DNA of 64,000 bases, from contig OZ037767.1 in assembly GCA_964035545.1 (NCBI GenBank), positions 20,538,628-20,602,627 of the forward strand. The letters run 5' to 3'. A program made the translations under genes and the position numbers. Shown here one piece after another: positions 26,201 to 38,200 of the stretch. Source of the stretch: Bugula neritina. Taxonomy: Eukaryota > Animalia > Bryozoa. Each line of letters starts with the position of its first letter. The stretch's first letter is position 1. The notes under the pieces were generated by a model. That model had not been told where the DNA came from and ran no database searches. It saw only the letters and a program-made list of their open reading frames with translations.

Positions 26201-29200
26201 TTATTTTTATTCTAATTTACTAGCTTCAATTATTGAAAATTACTAGCTTTATTTAATGATATTACTTAGCTTTATTCAAGCTCATTCACTAGCCTAAAGA
26301 ACTAAATAGTACGCTAATAAAATTCAATCAAATTAGAAAAACTAAATATGCAGATAAAATTCAGCAAAATTTATCTAATGAATACTTATTTTCATGATTT
26401 ATTGAAACTTTCATACATAACTTCATCATAATTATTTTAAAAGTAAATTTAATATAATTTTCGAAGAACCAAATCAAATAATAATGCTCGCTAGTAGCAC
26501 GTGGAAAAAGTAAAAGCACTTAACCAATCAGGGTTTACCTGGCCAGTCAGTGATTGGCTGATCGCTCAACTTCAGCGATGACAGTTCAACATGTCGAACT
26601 TTCATCGCATCGCTAAAAACTGACAGTTGCGTTCAGAAATCAGACAGTTGTGACGTCACAGAGGTCAATGCTTAGCCTCGAAAACGCGTTCAAGATGGCC
26701 GTTTTGACTGTAGTGTGGCAGTCCCATTAGAGTTGGAGTTCCACACTGGAATATAAACTCGAAAAGTTGACTCACTAAATAGTTTTGCCCTAATTAGATA
26801 AATACCACATGAACTTTCCTCAGTGTCCGTTCAGCATCTTTACCTCATGAAATGCACACAAACTGGCCTTTGCTGTCATTTTGAAATCCGTTCTATGTAG
26901 CAGCACCTTTGTAGTTGGAGTTTCATGCTATGTTTGTTCATCAGCTGTTGTATGTGTTGCTGTTTCCAGAGCGACTTCTATATTCATGCTGAACATTGAG
27001 CAGCGGGAACCAGGAAGGAGTAACGTCGGACTGACCAGCTGTCTCACCCTCGCAGACTTGGCCGGCATAGAGGGCAGCACCTGCAACGCTCTGGTTACCT
27101 GCATCACTGCGCTAGGTCAAGGCAGCAAGACAGTGCCCTACAGAGACTCCAAGTTATCTATCATTTTACAAGTACGTCAGCTTTTTCAATTCTTTGAATT
27201 TCTGGGCATTATTACTAAACTGCTAGTTTCGCACATTGCTTGATTTCTTTTGATGTCATTTTGTCATACATTGATACCAGGCGGAGTTAAAAATGTTAGA
27301 CTTTCAATGTTTTTAAGCAATAGCCTACTTGAATAGAAGGATAAACTAAAGAGAGTTAAGCTGGTATTAAAGGCATGTGCCTAGTTTTGCTTCCTTTGGT
27401 AAATTTTTTCTCCAGACTTTGTTTTGTAGCAAACCTTTGGAGGCAATTGTCTCACCTCTGTGTTTGCTCTACTCAGCCCATGTGGGAATGATAACTCCAA
27501 GACATTCGCTCTCTCTCAACCTCTGCGGCAAATCAAGCATTCGGTGGCCATCAACATTGTAAGCATGTCAACACTTCTCTGATTTAGTTTCCCTTAGTTT
27601 ATCTCACAAGTGACTCATGTCTACTCATACTAATTCACAGGCGTAGCAGAAAAACAGAGTAATAATAATTGTTGTGAATTGCATCGTGTTCTTTTATAAT
27701 TTTAAATGAATTTCGCATACATTTTTTTAGAAACTTTTTATTTATTTTTCTGTTGCTTGTCATGACAGAACGATACAGATAAGATTGTCTCCAATCTCCG
27801 TGAGCAGATATCCACTCTCAGAGAGAAAGTAGCCGGAGATGTTTCCAACAAGGAGGATGTGATTGCTCTGCAAGAGTTAGTCCAAGAACTTCAGCTAGCC
27901 AAGCAGCAAACATGGGAGGAGAAACAGAAGCTCTCACTTAAGTATGAACAAGAGAGAAAGACTAACTTGGCCAATCAAGTGAGGCACCGACGAGTGTTTA
28001 CGTCAATTCTCACAAACTTGTTTAACTTTTGGCTCTCTAGAGCAATTCTTATGTTGCAAATACGCTTGCAATATTTACTCCTAACTTTTTTTTTAATATT
28101 TTTAAGAGTTTTCCCCACATTATTCTCCGTTTACCTATATTTTACCTATATAGTGGCCTATCACATTTGCATGCTTTAATTAGCCTCATCTCTGCAATAT
28201 GTTTTATAATGTGTAACATATATTATACATTATATATCATATATTATATAACACACTGTCTGTAGGGTATCCTGGAGTGGGTTATATTATATATTATATA
28301 ACACACTGTCTCTAGGGTGTCCTGGAGTGGGTTATATTATATATTATATAACACACTGTCTGTAGGGTGTCCTGGAGTGGGTTATATTATATATTATATA
28401 ACACACTGTCTGTAGGGTATCCTGGAGTGAGTTATATTATATATTATATAACACACTGTCTCTAGGGTGTCCTGGAGTGGGTTATATTATATATTATATA
28501 ACACACTGTCTGTAGGGTATCCTGGAGTGGGTTATATTATATATTATATAACACACTATCTGTAGGGTATCCTGGAGTGGGTTATATTATATATTATATA
28601 ACACACTATCTGTAGGGTATCCTGGAGTGGGTTATATTATATATTATATAACACACTATCTGTAGGGTATCCTGGAGTGGGTTATGGATTCCAAGCTCAG
28701 AGATCAGCAGCAGATACAAGAGAAGATAAATCATTTGCAGAAGGAAAAGCAGCAGGTAGGTGATGTCAAATGTCAAATATAGGATATTTTAAAGTTGAAA
28801 CATAGTCACCGGCTTTCCATGTACCGATCTCAGATCGATCTTGTTGAGATCGATCCATGGAAAGACGCCAAAGATCGATCTCAGTCGTTCTGAGCTGGTC
28901 GGTCTGTAGAGCTCGAACTCAGATCGATCTCAATGCAATAAGACCATGGAAAGACGCCAGATCGATCCGAGAAGTAGAAAAATGACTGCTCGCTAAAATG
29001 TTGTCTGCTAATAAAAATGATAACTTATTGTTAATTACTAAGCAAAGTACTTAATAATTAAGATAGCCATCTTTTTAAGTGGCAAAACTTTGACTTTCAG
29101 TAAAAGGATTAGGAAAACTTAATTATGTAAAATTATGGACGGTAGAAGATACAAAAAGTGAGAGCATTTCAATTGAATTTAAACGACTAGTATAACGCAC

Positions 29201-32200
29201 TGTCATTAGTTATTTGCTGCGTAATTTTAAGCCTAATAGACCCGTAAGTTTATGAATAAGCTGCACAACAGCTATTAATTTTATATAAGCTGTCAAGCTA
29301 AAATATTAAAATTAATTACATTAAATTGGCCAAATTACTTCATACTAAAAGCTTTACTGCGTAGAGTTTATAGCTGACAGTAAATTTTAGACTATGAAAA
29401 TTTTGTTTTTCAACAGCAGTAGCTTTCATCACTCAGGTGGATGAAAAAATTATGCTATTAAAGTAGTCTTTACCTAAGAGGAGGCAACTCCAAGAGATCG
29501 ATCTGACACTCTCATGGAAAAACGATCGATCTGAGCACATGTCTCAGATCGATCTCAGCGAGATCGATCTGAGATCGGTACATGGAAAGCCCGTGAGTCT
29601 GTAGTTGTTAATACAATAAAACTAAGTCTCTAAATGGATTTGCTTCTGACCTCCAAGTTGGTGCTATACCATGCTATAACAGTCATTGGAAAGCCATTGT
29701 GAGAAACAATACGAGTATATGAACTCATTTGCCTGTTTATTTTATGTCATAGTTGAGTGAAGAGTTTTCTAAGAAGCGCACGCAAGTTATGGAGTTGAAG
29801 GAGCAGCTGCAGAAGCACATTGCTGACTTCTCCCGAATAACAGAATCAGGTTTGTAGGTTGGAATCTTATCACGCCTTGCTAATAGCACCTTAACCAGTA
29901 GCACCTTAGCTAGTAGCACCTTAGCTAATAGCACCTTACCTAATAGCACCTTACCTAATAGCACCTTAACTAGTAACACTTTAGCTAGTAACGCTAATAA
30001 AGTTAATTTTATTGCTTTATATTCAGGAAATAGTTTGCTGCGATTTAATAAATGTTTTTATTTAAAATAAAGACAAAGTGTCAGACTCAGAAAGGAAGTC
30101 TAGAGTGGATGCTATACATAAACTAAAGGAGCGTCTAAAAGAGGCCTCCGACAATCAGAAAGCTTTGAAACTGAGTCTACAGAATGTAGTTGAAAGACTA
30201 AGATCTGAAAGAGCGGAATCTAGCTCAAAGGTGGTTGCTACTAAAGGCAGCCTCAGCATGGAGTGGCTCATTGAGGTAGGAACTGAGACTACATTTATAT
30301 TTCTATTCTGCTTAGTCTAAGGACTAAAAACATTAGTTTATTCAACTGTGGGGCGTGGTTTCAGGCTGAAGAAAGACAGAGAATGGAAAGTGAGAATAGT
30401 GCCATGGTTGCTGATGAACTTGAGCGAATGAAGTTAGAGATCGAGCATGAAAAAGCAGATATTAAGGTAACTCAGATTTTCTATTAATTCAAATATTTTA
30501 AAATAAAATATTGTGTAACCTGGTATGGGGATATGATGCAATGCACTGTAAGCAATACATACACTTCAGTTTTATGAGTCGCTATGAGTGACCATCACTG
30601 CTTCCACCTTTTGCTTTTTGTGCTGTATACTTATAGTTAGCCCTAGTTCCTAGCAGACCAAATGGTTTGAGGACCACATGAGTCCCAGGTGTTTAGGAAT
30701 GCTAGGCTCTGTGGCGTATGCCATATATCATAATATAGTAATTTGTCTGCAGTTTTATAAATTACTTGTTTAATCAATTAAGGATTGTGTGCTCCAGTAT
30801 TTTGCAGACTTCAAGTTTACAATGTAGATCTTCCATTTTATTGAGAATCAACTGTTGGGCTTATGGGGACACAATTTGTTGCCAGTGTTTTGGTAAAATC
30901 ATATTACATAATACATTGTATGGTGTTTAAAGTTAAAACTTGTTTTCTGTAGTTAAAGATCGTTGATGGAAAAACCTATTCAGCCCATGAGTATGCAGAA
31001 CTCGAAATTAAAATAACTGAACTTCAGCATGAGAAGCCAGTAACTAGTTTAGAGGTGAGGTTATATGTGATAGAATAACTCCTAACCTTCTAACAAGTAT
31101 TATAGAAATACGTTAATAGTACAACTTCTAAGTTAATTTTTAAATGATAGCATAAATTACTGCCCCATCTGTTGTAAAAAATTGTATTGTGGTTATTTGT
31201 TTATGTGTAATTTATAGTTTAGTACAATAGGAAAGAAAGCATACATAACTGTAGAATGGTATGGCCCTATCCACTAGGACTTAAAGAGTTGGCAGTAATG
31301 TCTGCAGTAATGTTAGAGCTCTAGAGGTTTTTCGTGTTTTTGACTTTTTGAGCTTTGCTGTTGTGATACAAAAGAACCCAGCTATGAAAGAGGCAGTAGT
31401 TAAATGGCACACCATCAATGAACTGATACCGAAAGTATGGTGCTGCCAGACAGCTATTCACATTCATTGTAGAGTTATCCTTTCTCTAGTAATAAACTAC
31501 CGTCTTCCTATTTCAGATTCAAACTTTGAAGCAAGAGAAAGCGAAGCTGCAAGAAGCAGTGGAGGAGATGCATCGACAGCATACTGTGGAGCTCGAGAAG
31601 CAGCAAATGCAGCATTTCCAGGTAACACGATCTTCCTGGTTTGTGGATTTTATTGCAACTCTATAATATAATCTAAAAGTCAAAATTTCATTGAAAGTTG
31701 ATCCTGAGACGTTAGACAGTAATGTGTAATAATTACTGGTTCATCATTGTACATGACTCTAATGTCCCTGTACTAATAGTATGTTATAATAATCTGACGT
31801 GATGTCCTGCAACTCGTGTTTTATATTTTTCACAGACATTTAGAAACTATCGAGAGACTTTTGACAAGCAGAAGTTGGCGATTGAACAGCGATATCGTCA
31901 ACTTTTAGATGACTCTATACAAGATGCAGTCTTTCTATCCTCTCGCAACAATGAGCTAGTCGCTGAAAATGATGCGCTGCATCTAGGTAAATCTTTGTTA
32001 AGAGGCTTGTTTGTACAGTGAGCTGTTGATGTATCTCTTGTTAGATTGTACACTAATATATGTAGGTTATTTGCTGTATATTTTGTTATCATAGCATAAT
32101 ATATGATATTATACATGTAGTCTGTTGAAGAGAGCAGACTGCCTTTAAGCAGAGGAACTTATAGCCCCCCATCCCCCCTAATCACTTACTTAACCCTAAT

Positions 32201-32344
32201 GATTCTTTAGCCTCTGGTTCTTGTTACAATGGACACCAGAAAACCTTCCCCTGTCAACATAGTCACTGAAAAGTAAAACATTTGTAAACTTTGATTACAG
32301 AGATTGCCACTCTGAAAGATGCAATATCTAGAAAGGGGGAGTAA
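23281..32344 (+). CDS. Atypical kinesin-like protein (N-terminal motor with degenerate switch I/II, long coiled-coil tail), 17 coding exons, ~676 aa
   Basis: Exons: 23281-23283, 23514-23684, 23833-23916, 24658-24720, 24881-25035, 25484-25603, 26970-27171, 27430-27558, 27769-27978, 28666-28755, 29753-29849, 30073-30275, 30365-30466, 30953-31054, 31517-31621, 31836-31986, 32301-32344. Kinesin motifs: YSFDGVYGP, P-loop GITGSGKS, VQYLEV...LVDLL, LADLAG, VPYRDSKL, QTFGGN. The ATG-only first exon is the least certain part. Confidence 0.88.
25936..26727. mobile_element. Probable MITE in kinesin intron 6
   Basis: Imperfect terminal inverted repeats TGACACACTACAGTCGAAAC (25942-25961) and GTTTTGACTGTAGTGTGGCA (26701-26720) around an AT-rich core. 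TSD unclear. Confidence 0.5.
28251..28685 (+). repeat. 50-bp tandem repeat (8 full copies plus a partial ninth) containing the kinesin exon-10 splice acceptor
   Basis: Unit ACACACTGTCTGTAG|GGTATCCTGGAGTGGGTTATATTATATATTATATA starting at 28251, 28301 ... 28651. Confidence 0.95.
28807..29595. mobile_element. Non-autonomous DNA transposon (MITE) with CAC...GTG ends and GATCGATC-rich subterminal repeats
   Basis: ~35-bp TIR CAC(C/G)GGCTTTCCATGTACCGATCTCAGATCGATCT at both ends; AGT on both sides as a 3-bp TSD, suggestive of the CMC/CACTA type. Confidence 0.8.
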
Positions 32345-33504
32345 ATCATAAAATCATCATGAAAGGTTGGCATACTGAAGGGAAAGTAGTCAGACTGTCA
32401 TTAGCAAAGAAAGAGGCGGCGAGCTAGACTATATCATAGAGAATAGGTGTATTTTTGTATTGTCATATAACAACTTTTAGTTTAGTTTACACTGCATATT
32501 AAACACTGTGTTTTTATGTATAGTATACATATTAAATTAGGTTTGTGTTTTGATTTTAAAAGAAGTTATAAGCATTTCAATAATGATACTGCAAAGTGCT
32601 GGGGGCTGAACACCTTTTATGTATTTTCCTCAAATTGATTTTTATTTTGCCCATTATTTTTTAAGTTATGCATACTACTAGCATTGACATAATACTTTTT
32701 ATTTTCTATTTTGTAAAAGTAAAAATGAATTATTTAAAATATTTTGTGGATAAATTTAGCTTTTATTAGCAACGCATAATTTCTAACAGTTTCAACATGT
32801 GTGTTTATAAGATATTATTGATATTTCCACTCAATATGTTTCTTATTCGAGTTTATATTTCTTATTATTTTACTACTCATTCGCTGGTAGACTTCTGTGT
32901 TTTACTAGAGTATCCGTCCACTGCATTAATTCTTCTAAATAAACTTCATAAACGGTGAAATGAGTAATCACTAATTACTAGTCGCATACTCATGAGTATT
33001 ATACCAGTGACTGAGTAAAGAGAGCAGACAACTTCATCATTCTCCAACACACCTCTATGAAAAATGCTTTAGAGTTTAGATGAATTGATCATTTTATTAA
33101 ATTCAGTTTTAAAAATCAAAAATTTTGAAATGCCGGAGTTATTATGTTTAACTTGCACCAGCAAATATTAATAGAATAAGATCATCAACTTTTAAAACAG
33201 CGTAAATATACAGAATATTTATTAAAAGCTCAGAATAAGTTGAGTTCAAGATCACTGCAAAGTCTCCATCATAAAATTGCTAATCGGTTTCAATCTGATG
33301 ATTTATTTTGCAGTGAAAAGTTTTTCTGATAAGATCCACTTCCTGTGTATATATTATCATGACTCATATGCTATAACTAGTGCTAGAATATAATCAACAC
33401 CTTATCTGGCAGGTGGTTGGATTCACACACACCATTTACACTTTCTTCAACTCAATATTCTCTTTCACCACTACAGTATTTGAGTCAGCCTCTTCAACAG
33501 CACA

Positions 33505-34828
33505 ATGTATAAATTAAGTTTAGCAGTCATCACTTTAACTTGCTTTTTCTTCCATGGTGAGTATATGTTTAATAATTGCTGCCGTTTAGTAGGAGAAATC
33601 AGATTTATTTACTTAAAAAACTTGTTATATATAGTATTGTAATATGCTAGTATTCTGTGATGGTGTCTGTATGTAAAATAGCAACGCACCACAATAATAA
33701 TGTTACAGGTTACTGCTAATTCTTTTAAAACGGCATGTTCCATCAATGATTTTAATTTTTTTAAAAATACATTATGACATATTTTCATATACACTATACT
33801 TTAATTTTCATTTTATCAGCAATGAAATGTAGTAAATGGAGATATAATTATTCTTTTGCAGCCCAGGCGGCTATAACACCATCATATTCAAAACCCCTTG
33901 TTCGAAGTAAGTACAGACTTTCACACTTACATATACAACCTGTCTAGCTGTGTGTCTTCTTTCTAAAAGTCTCATCCAAAACTGGTTTATTGAGAGAACA
34001 GACTCTCGATATTATTCAACAAAACTCTACCGATGTCAGCTCATTCATCATTGGGCAATTTCACCTTATCATGAGAATGCAACTCTTAACAGAGATTCAA
34101 CACAAAGTTGTTAAAAAGACTGCTAAGTCCCATGATAGAATTCTAGCACAGATAAGAATTCATTTTTAGTTGAACTACTAGAACAAGTATGTATTGAAGA
34201 AATAGAATATTTTTATTCAATGTCCTAAATTTGTTCCCAGTTGCCTGCCCTTCTCTGATGCAAGGCGACATGTTGAGGGAGTGTGTGTCAGATGCCGACT
34301 GTGAGTCAGACCAGCAGTGCTGCCCAGCCAGGTCTAGTGCGGCAGCACACTACAAATACTGTACCACAGCATATGGTCTAGACATCAACGGCGTTAGTGA
34401 GTAATAATGGAGTTAGAATAGTGTACAGCTTATTCGATCACAATGAATAATGAAGTTAAATTGTTCGAAATATTAAACTTTTTCGACTGTACGAAGTTGA
34501 ATAAGTTGCGTAGCTGTACCACAGTGTTCAGAAATACTAATCTGATAAGCTTTTATGTTGTGTTAACCTTGCACCTGTGGGGCCATTTATAGATGCCAAA
34601 CTAGGCATCTGGTAATAATTGCTTTTGTCACACATTTAATGCTACCCAGTCATGGTGCAGGAATCAACGCAGACAAAATTAAACGGAACATAGGCCAGAG
34701 TAGGCCATCATTTAGAAAATTACTTTCACCTTGCTTTCTGTAGCCAACACCACAACTTGGTTATTATTGTTTTAGATTCCTTCATGGCAGCAGCCTCCAA
34801 GGACAGTAAAAGTACAATAGATTTATAA
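33505..34828 (+). CDS. Small secreted WAP (four-disulfide core)-like peptide with six cysteines, ~97-101 aa
   Basis: Exons 33505-33556, 33862-33906, 34241-34392 (or -34396), 34776-34820 (or -34828). Translation: MYKLSLAVITLTCFFFHAQA (signal peptide-like), then AITPSYSKPLVRIACPSLMQGDMLRECVSDADCESDQQCCPARSSAAAHYKYCTTAYGLDING... CP...CxxDxDC...CC...C spacing is WAP-like. Splice sites are canonical and in phase. Confidence 0.72.
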
Positions 34829-35243
34829 TGCTTGCCTCTCCGCGAATTAAAGGCAGGAAAATGATCGATTTAGAAACCCCTGGCTGTAGACTAACGAATT
34901 TATTTCATCACCATCCAAAAAGCCTTAAAGTTGTTGCAATTTGTGTTATTTGAGTAAAAAAGACTAAATTTATAATGCTACATAATATATTTGACTAATA
35001 TACACATATACAAAGTAATTACTCGTGGTACGTGCCACATACTTCTTCTATTGTATACAAGCATAACTATCGAAAGAGGAAACAACTTCTCAGCAACCAG
35101 TAACCTACAGTCTGTTGACCCAGTTGTACCACAACACATAGCAAAGGCTGCTAGTTTCAATGAGGCAAACAGCAGCTGATGTCAGGGTGAGATTGGGTCA
35201 TGTTTTCTGGTCTGTATTTACAGGCATGGATATTAAATGTCAA

Positions 35244-38200
35244 TCATCTAAATGAAGATAGGTCAATATCTGGAATTGTCTGTAGTGTGTGGGTGGAGCC
35301 TGTGTAGGCGGGGTTTGTGTAAGTGGGGTCTGAGTGGATGGAGCCTGTGTAGGCGGGGTTTGTGTAAGTGGGGTCTGAGTGGATGGAGCCTGTGTAGGCG
35401 GGGTTTGTGTAGGTGGGGTCTGAGTAGGTTGAGCCTGTATATGTTGATTCTGTGTAGGCGGAGCCTGTGTAAGTGGACTCTGTGTAGGCGGAGTCTGTGT
35501 AGGCGGGGTCTGTGTAGGCGGAGTCTGTGTAGGCGGGGTCTGTGTAGGCGGAGTCGGTATAGGAGGAGTCTGTATAGGTAGAACCTGTGTAGGCGTGGCT
35601 TACTTGCTGTGAATAGGCATAGCCAGACTGCTGGGAGTACTGACTGTGTGAAGGGGTGGACTGAGAGGTGGGGTCCTGTGTTGGAGGGGGAGGGGGAGGA
35701 GGGGGTGGGGGGCCCTGAGACTGGTGGAGGGTTGTGGGTACTGAGGCAGTAGTTGTTGGCTGTGATTTCGGCAGCATACCCATAGACTGGAGGGCGATTG
35801 TAGCACTGAGAGTCTTGGCCTGTTTCTTGTTACAAGACGCTATACTTGGCTGATAAGCCGTGCCATTCACAACCACCTGAAAGATAGAATGAGTTCCAAG
35901 GAAATAGTGTATTCAACCAAAATTAAACTCTGTATTCCGGGGGGAAGGGAAGGAGGGAAGGTAAACCATTTACTTTCTACTGCCAATAAACACTGATGAA
36001 TAGAGGCAAGACCAGAAAATGTCTAGAACTCTCTAATACCCCTCCTACTCACCTGTATAATGAAGCTCTTTTTGTGTGGTGGTCCACTTTCATGTATTAC
36101 GTTGAAGCATGGGGGGTTCCACTTTCGCTTCGAACAAATCTCCATAAGACTGGACACAGGATGTTTGTCTATTGAAACAACAGATATTAGAGTATATTAT
36201 ATAATACAATGCACCTGTTAGAGTATATTATACAATACAACACAACTGTTAGAGTATATCATACACTAAACCTGTTAAGAGTATATCATACACTAAACCT
36301 GTTAAGAGTATATTATATAACACAATACACCTGTTAAGAGTATATTATATAATACAATACACCTGTTAGAGTATATTATATAATACAACACACCTGTTAG
36401 AGTAAATGTCGCTGCCTTCAAGCCGCTGCCTCCGCCAGTCTTCGGTGTGCTGCGGAGAGCGGATGTCTGGCCATACGTAGCTATGGCAGCGTAAGCATTT
36501 TTTGACCTTTCTTCAGGTGCTGTCAGGCCTGTACAAAAATGATACAGTAACTACAGTAACTATATACTGCTACAGTACCAACTACAGTAACTATATACTG
36601 CTACAGTACCAACTACAGTAACTATATACTGCTACAGTACCAACTACAGTACTCACAACACCATAAGCACATACACAGTACCTTTCCTGGAGGTGTTGAA
36701 GTCAAGAACCAGAGGTTCTGTGTTGCCGTGGTTCTCCTTGCCTAGCCCCTGGCCCTCGTTCCACCCCATCTTCTGAAGTAGGAACTGCCCTATGCCTCCC
36801 TGCACCTTCTTAGCATTGAGGAAGGCGTGCTTCTTCACCCACGCTTGGTGCTTCTTATCCGTGGCGGGCAGCAACTCATCTGGGGTCAGCATTTTGGCCT
36901 CTACTCGGCCGGTGAACGCTCCAGGCAGGTTCTTTGAGTTGGACCATCTGGCTGTCTATTAGTAAACAGAGATGAGTCAATTGATATTAGTAAACAGAGA
37001 TGAGTCAATTGATATTAGTAAACAGAGACGAGTCAGCTGATATTAGTAAAACACATCCCTACAACACATACACAACATCACTTACACCTACAATATACAT
37101 CAACGTAAGTACGTCAGTGTAAGTACGTCAGTGTAAGTACGTCAGTGTAAGTACGTCAGTGTAAGTACGTCAGTGTAAGTAAGTACGTCAGTGTATTTAC
37201 CTGCTTGTCCAAGTCCTCAATGCTGGCTTTTGTCTGGGCATCATTCGGGTTCTTTTTCAGCTTTTTCATCGCCTTTAGTCTTTTAGCAACCAACAGAGAA
37301 ATATCCTACAGTGGAAATAGAAATCGAATATATATCTTACAGTAGAAATATACATTAAATATATATCTTACAGTAGAAATATTCATCAAATAGATTACAT
37401 CTTACAGTGGAACCAAAAACAGATAAGCAACGTTAAAAATATTACATCTAATGCTACGACACCATTCTAACAAAATGGAAACTCGCGACAACTTTCTTAA
37501 AAAAAAAACTCGCACATAAAAAGGCTTAAAGTTTTTTAAAAATAAAACTCAACTATACATTTACAAACAGAAGGGTTACAGCAATCCCATGGGGAAGTCT
37601 TATATTTCCTCCAACCCCAAAGAAAACAAGAAGAGGTCATAACTTACACCAACATCATCCGCATCTTCTGGCGGCTCTTCAAACACTTTCTTAGCGGCCT
37701 GCTCAGGGTTGGGGGCGACCGGCGTCCACTCGTTGGGCTCCTCCTTCCTGTGGTGGGTGCCACTGGACACGGGGAAGGACGACCTCAGCTTTGCCTTCTC
37801 CGCTGGTGTCTGGATGGGAAGCTGCTTAGCATTCTGTAGAGAAAATTTGTTTAGTATGTGAGAGTAATAGTAGTATTAGTACACATTTTACACAGTCTAC
37901 ACAGCTAACAACAGTCTGCTTTTTACTCGGAAATCACCAAAATATAAGTACAAAATATTGTCTGACTGCTGTCTTTGACAGGTATATACAGATATGACAA
38001 GTGTAAACAGATGTGACTAGTGTATACAGGTGTGACTAGTGTGTACAGGTGTGACAGGTATATACAGGTATGACAAGTTACCCGGATGTTCATAACAATG
38101 GCCGCTGCCCGGGACATGGGCTGTATAGAGCTGGTGAGGTCATCTTTCTCGGCAGAACACGGCACATTCAGCACTTCATCGTCTGAGCTTTCATCAGAAT

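Noticed and set aside
28251-28685. Regular repeat array resembling CRISPR
   Set aside because: Units are contiguous with no unique spacers, the context is a eukaryotic intron and there are no cas genes.
35990-36030. CTGATGA...GAAA hammerhead-like words (also ~18394 and minus strand ~26940)
   Set aside because: Stems I-III cannot be formed around the cores.
37105-37195. 14-bp repeat containing perfect GTAAGT donor motifs
   Set aside because: The motifs are on the strand opposite SON and no plus-strand exon is evident; treated as an ordinary minisatellite.
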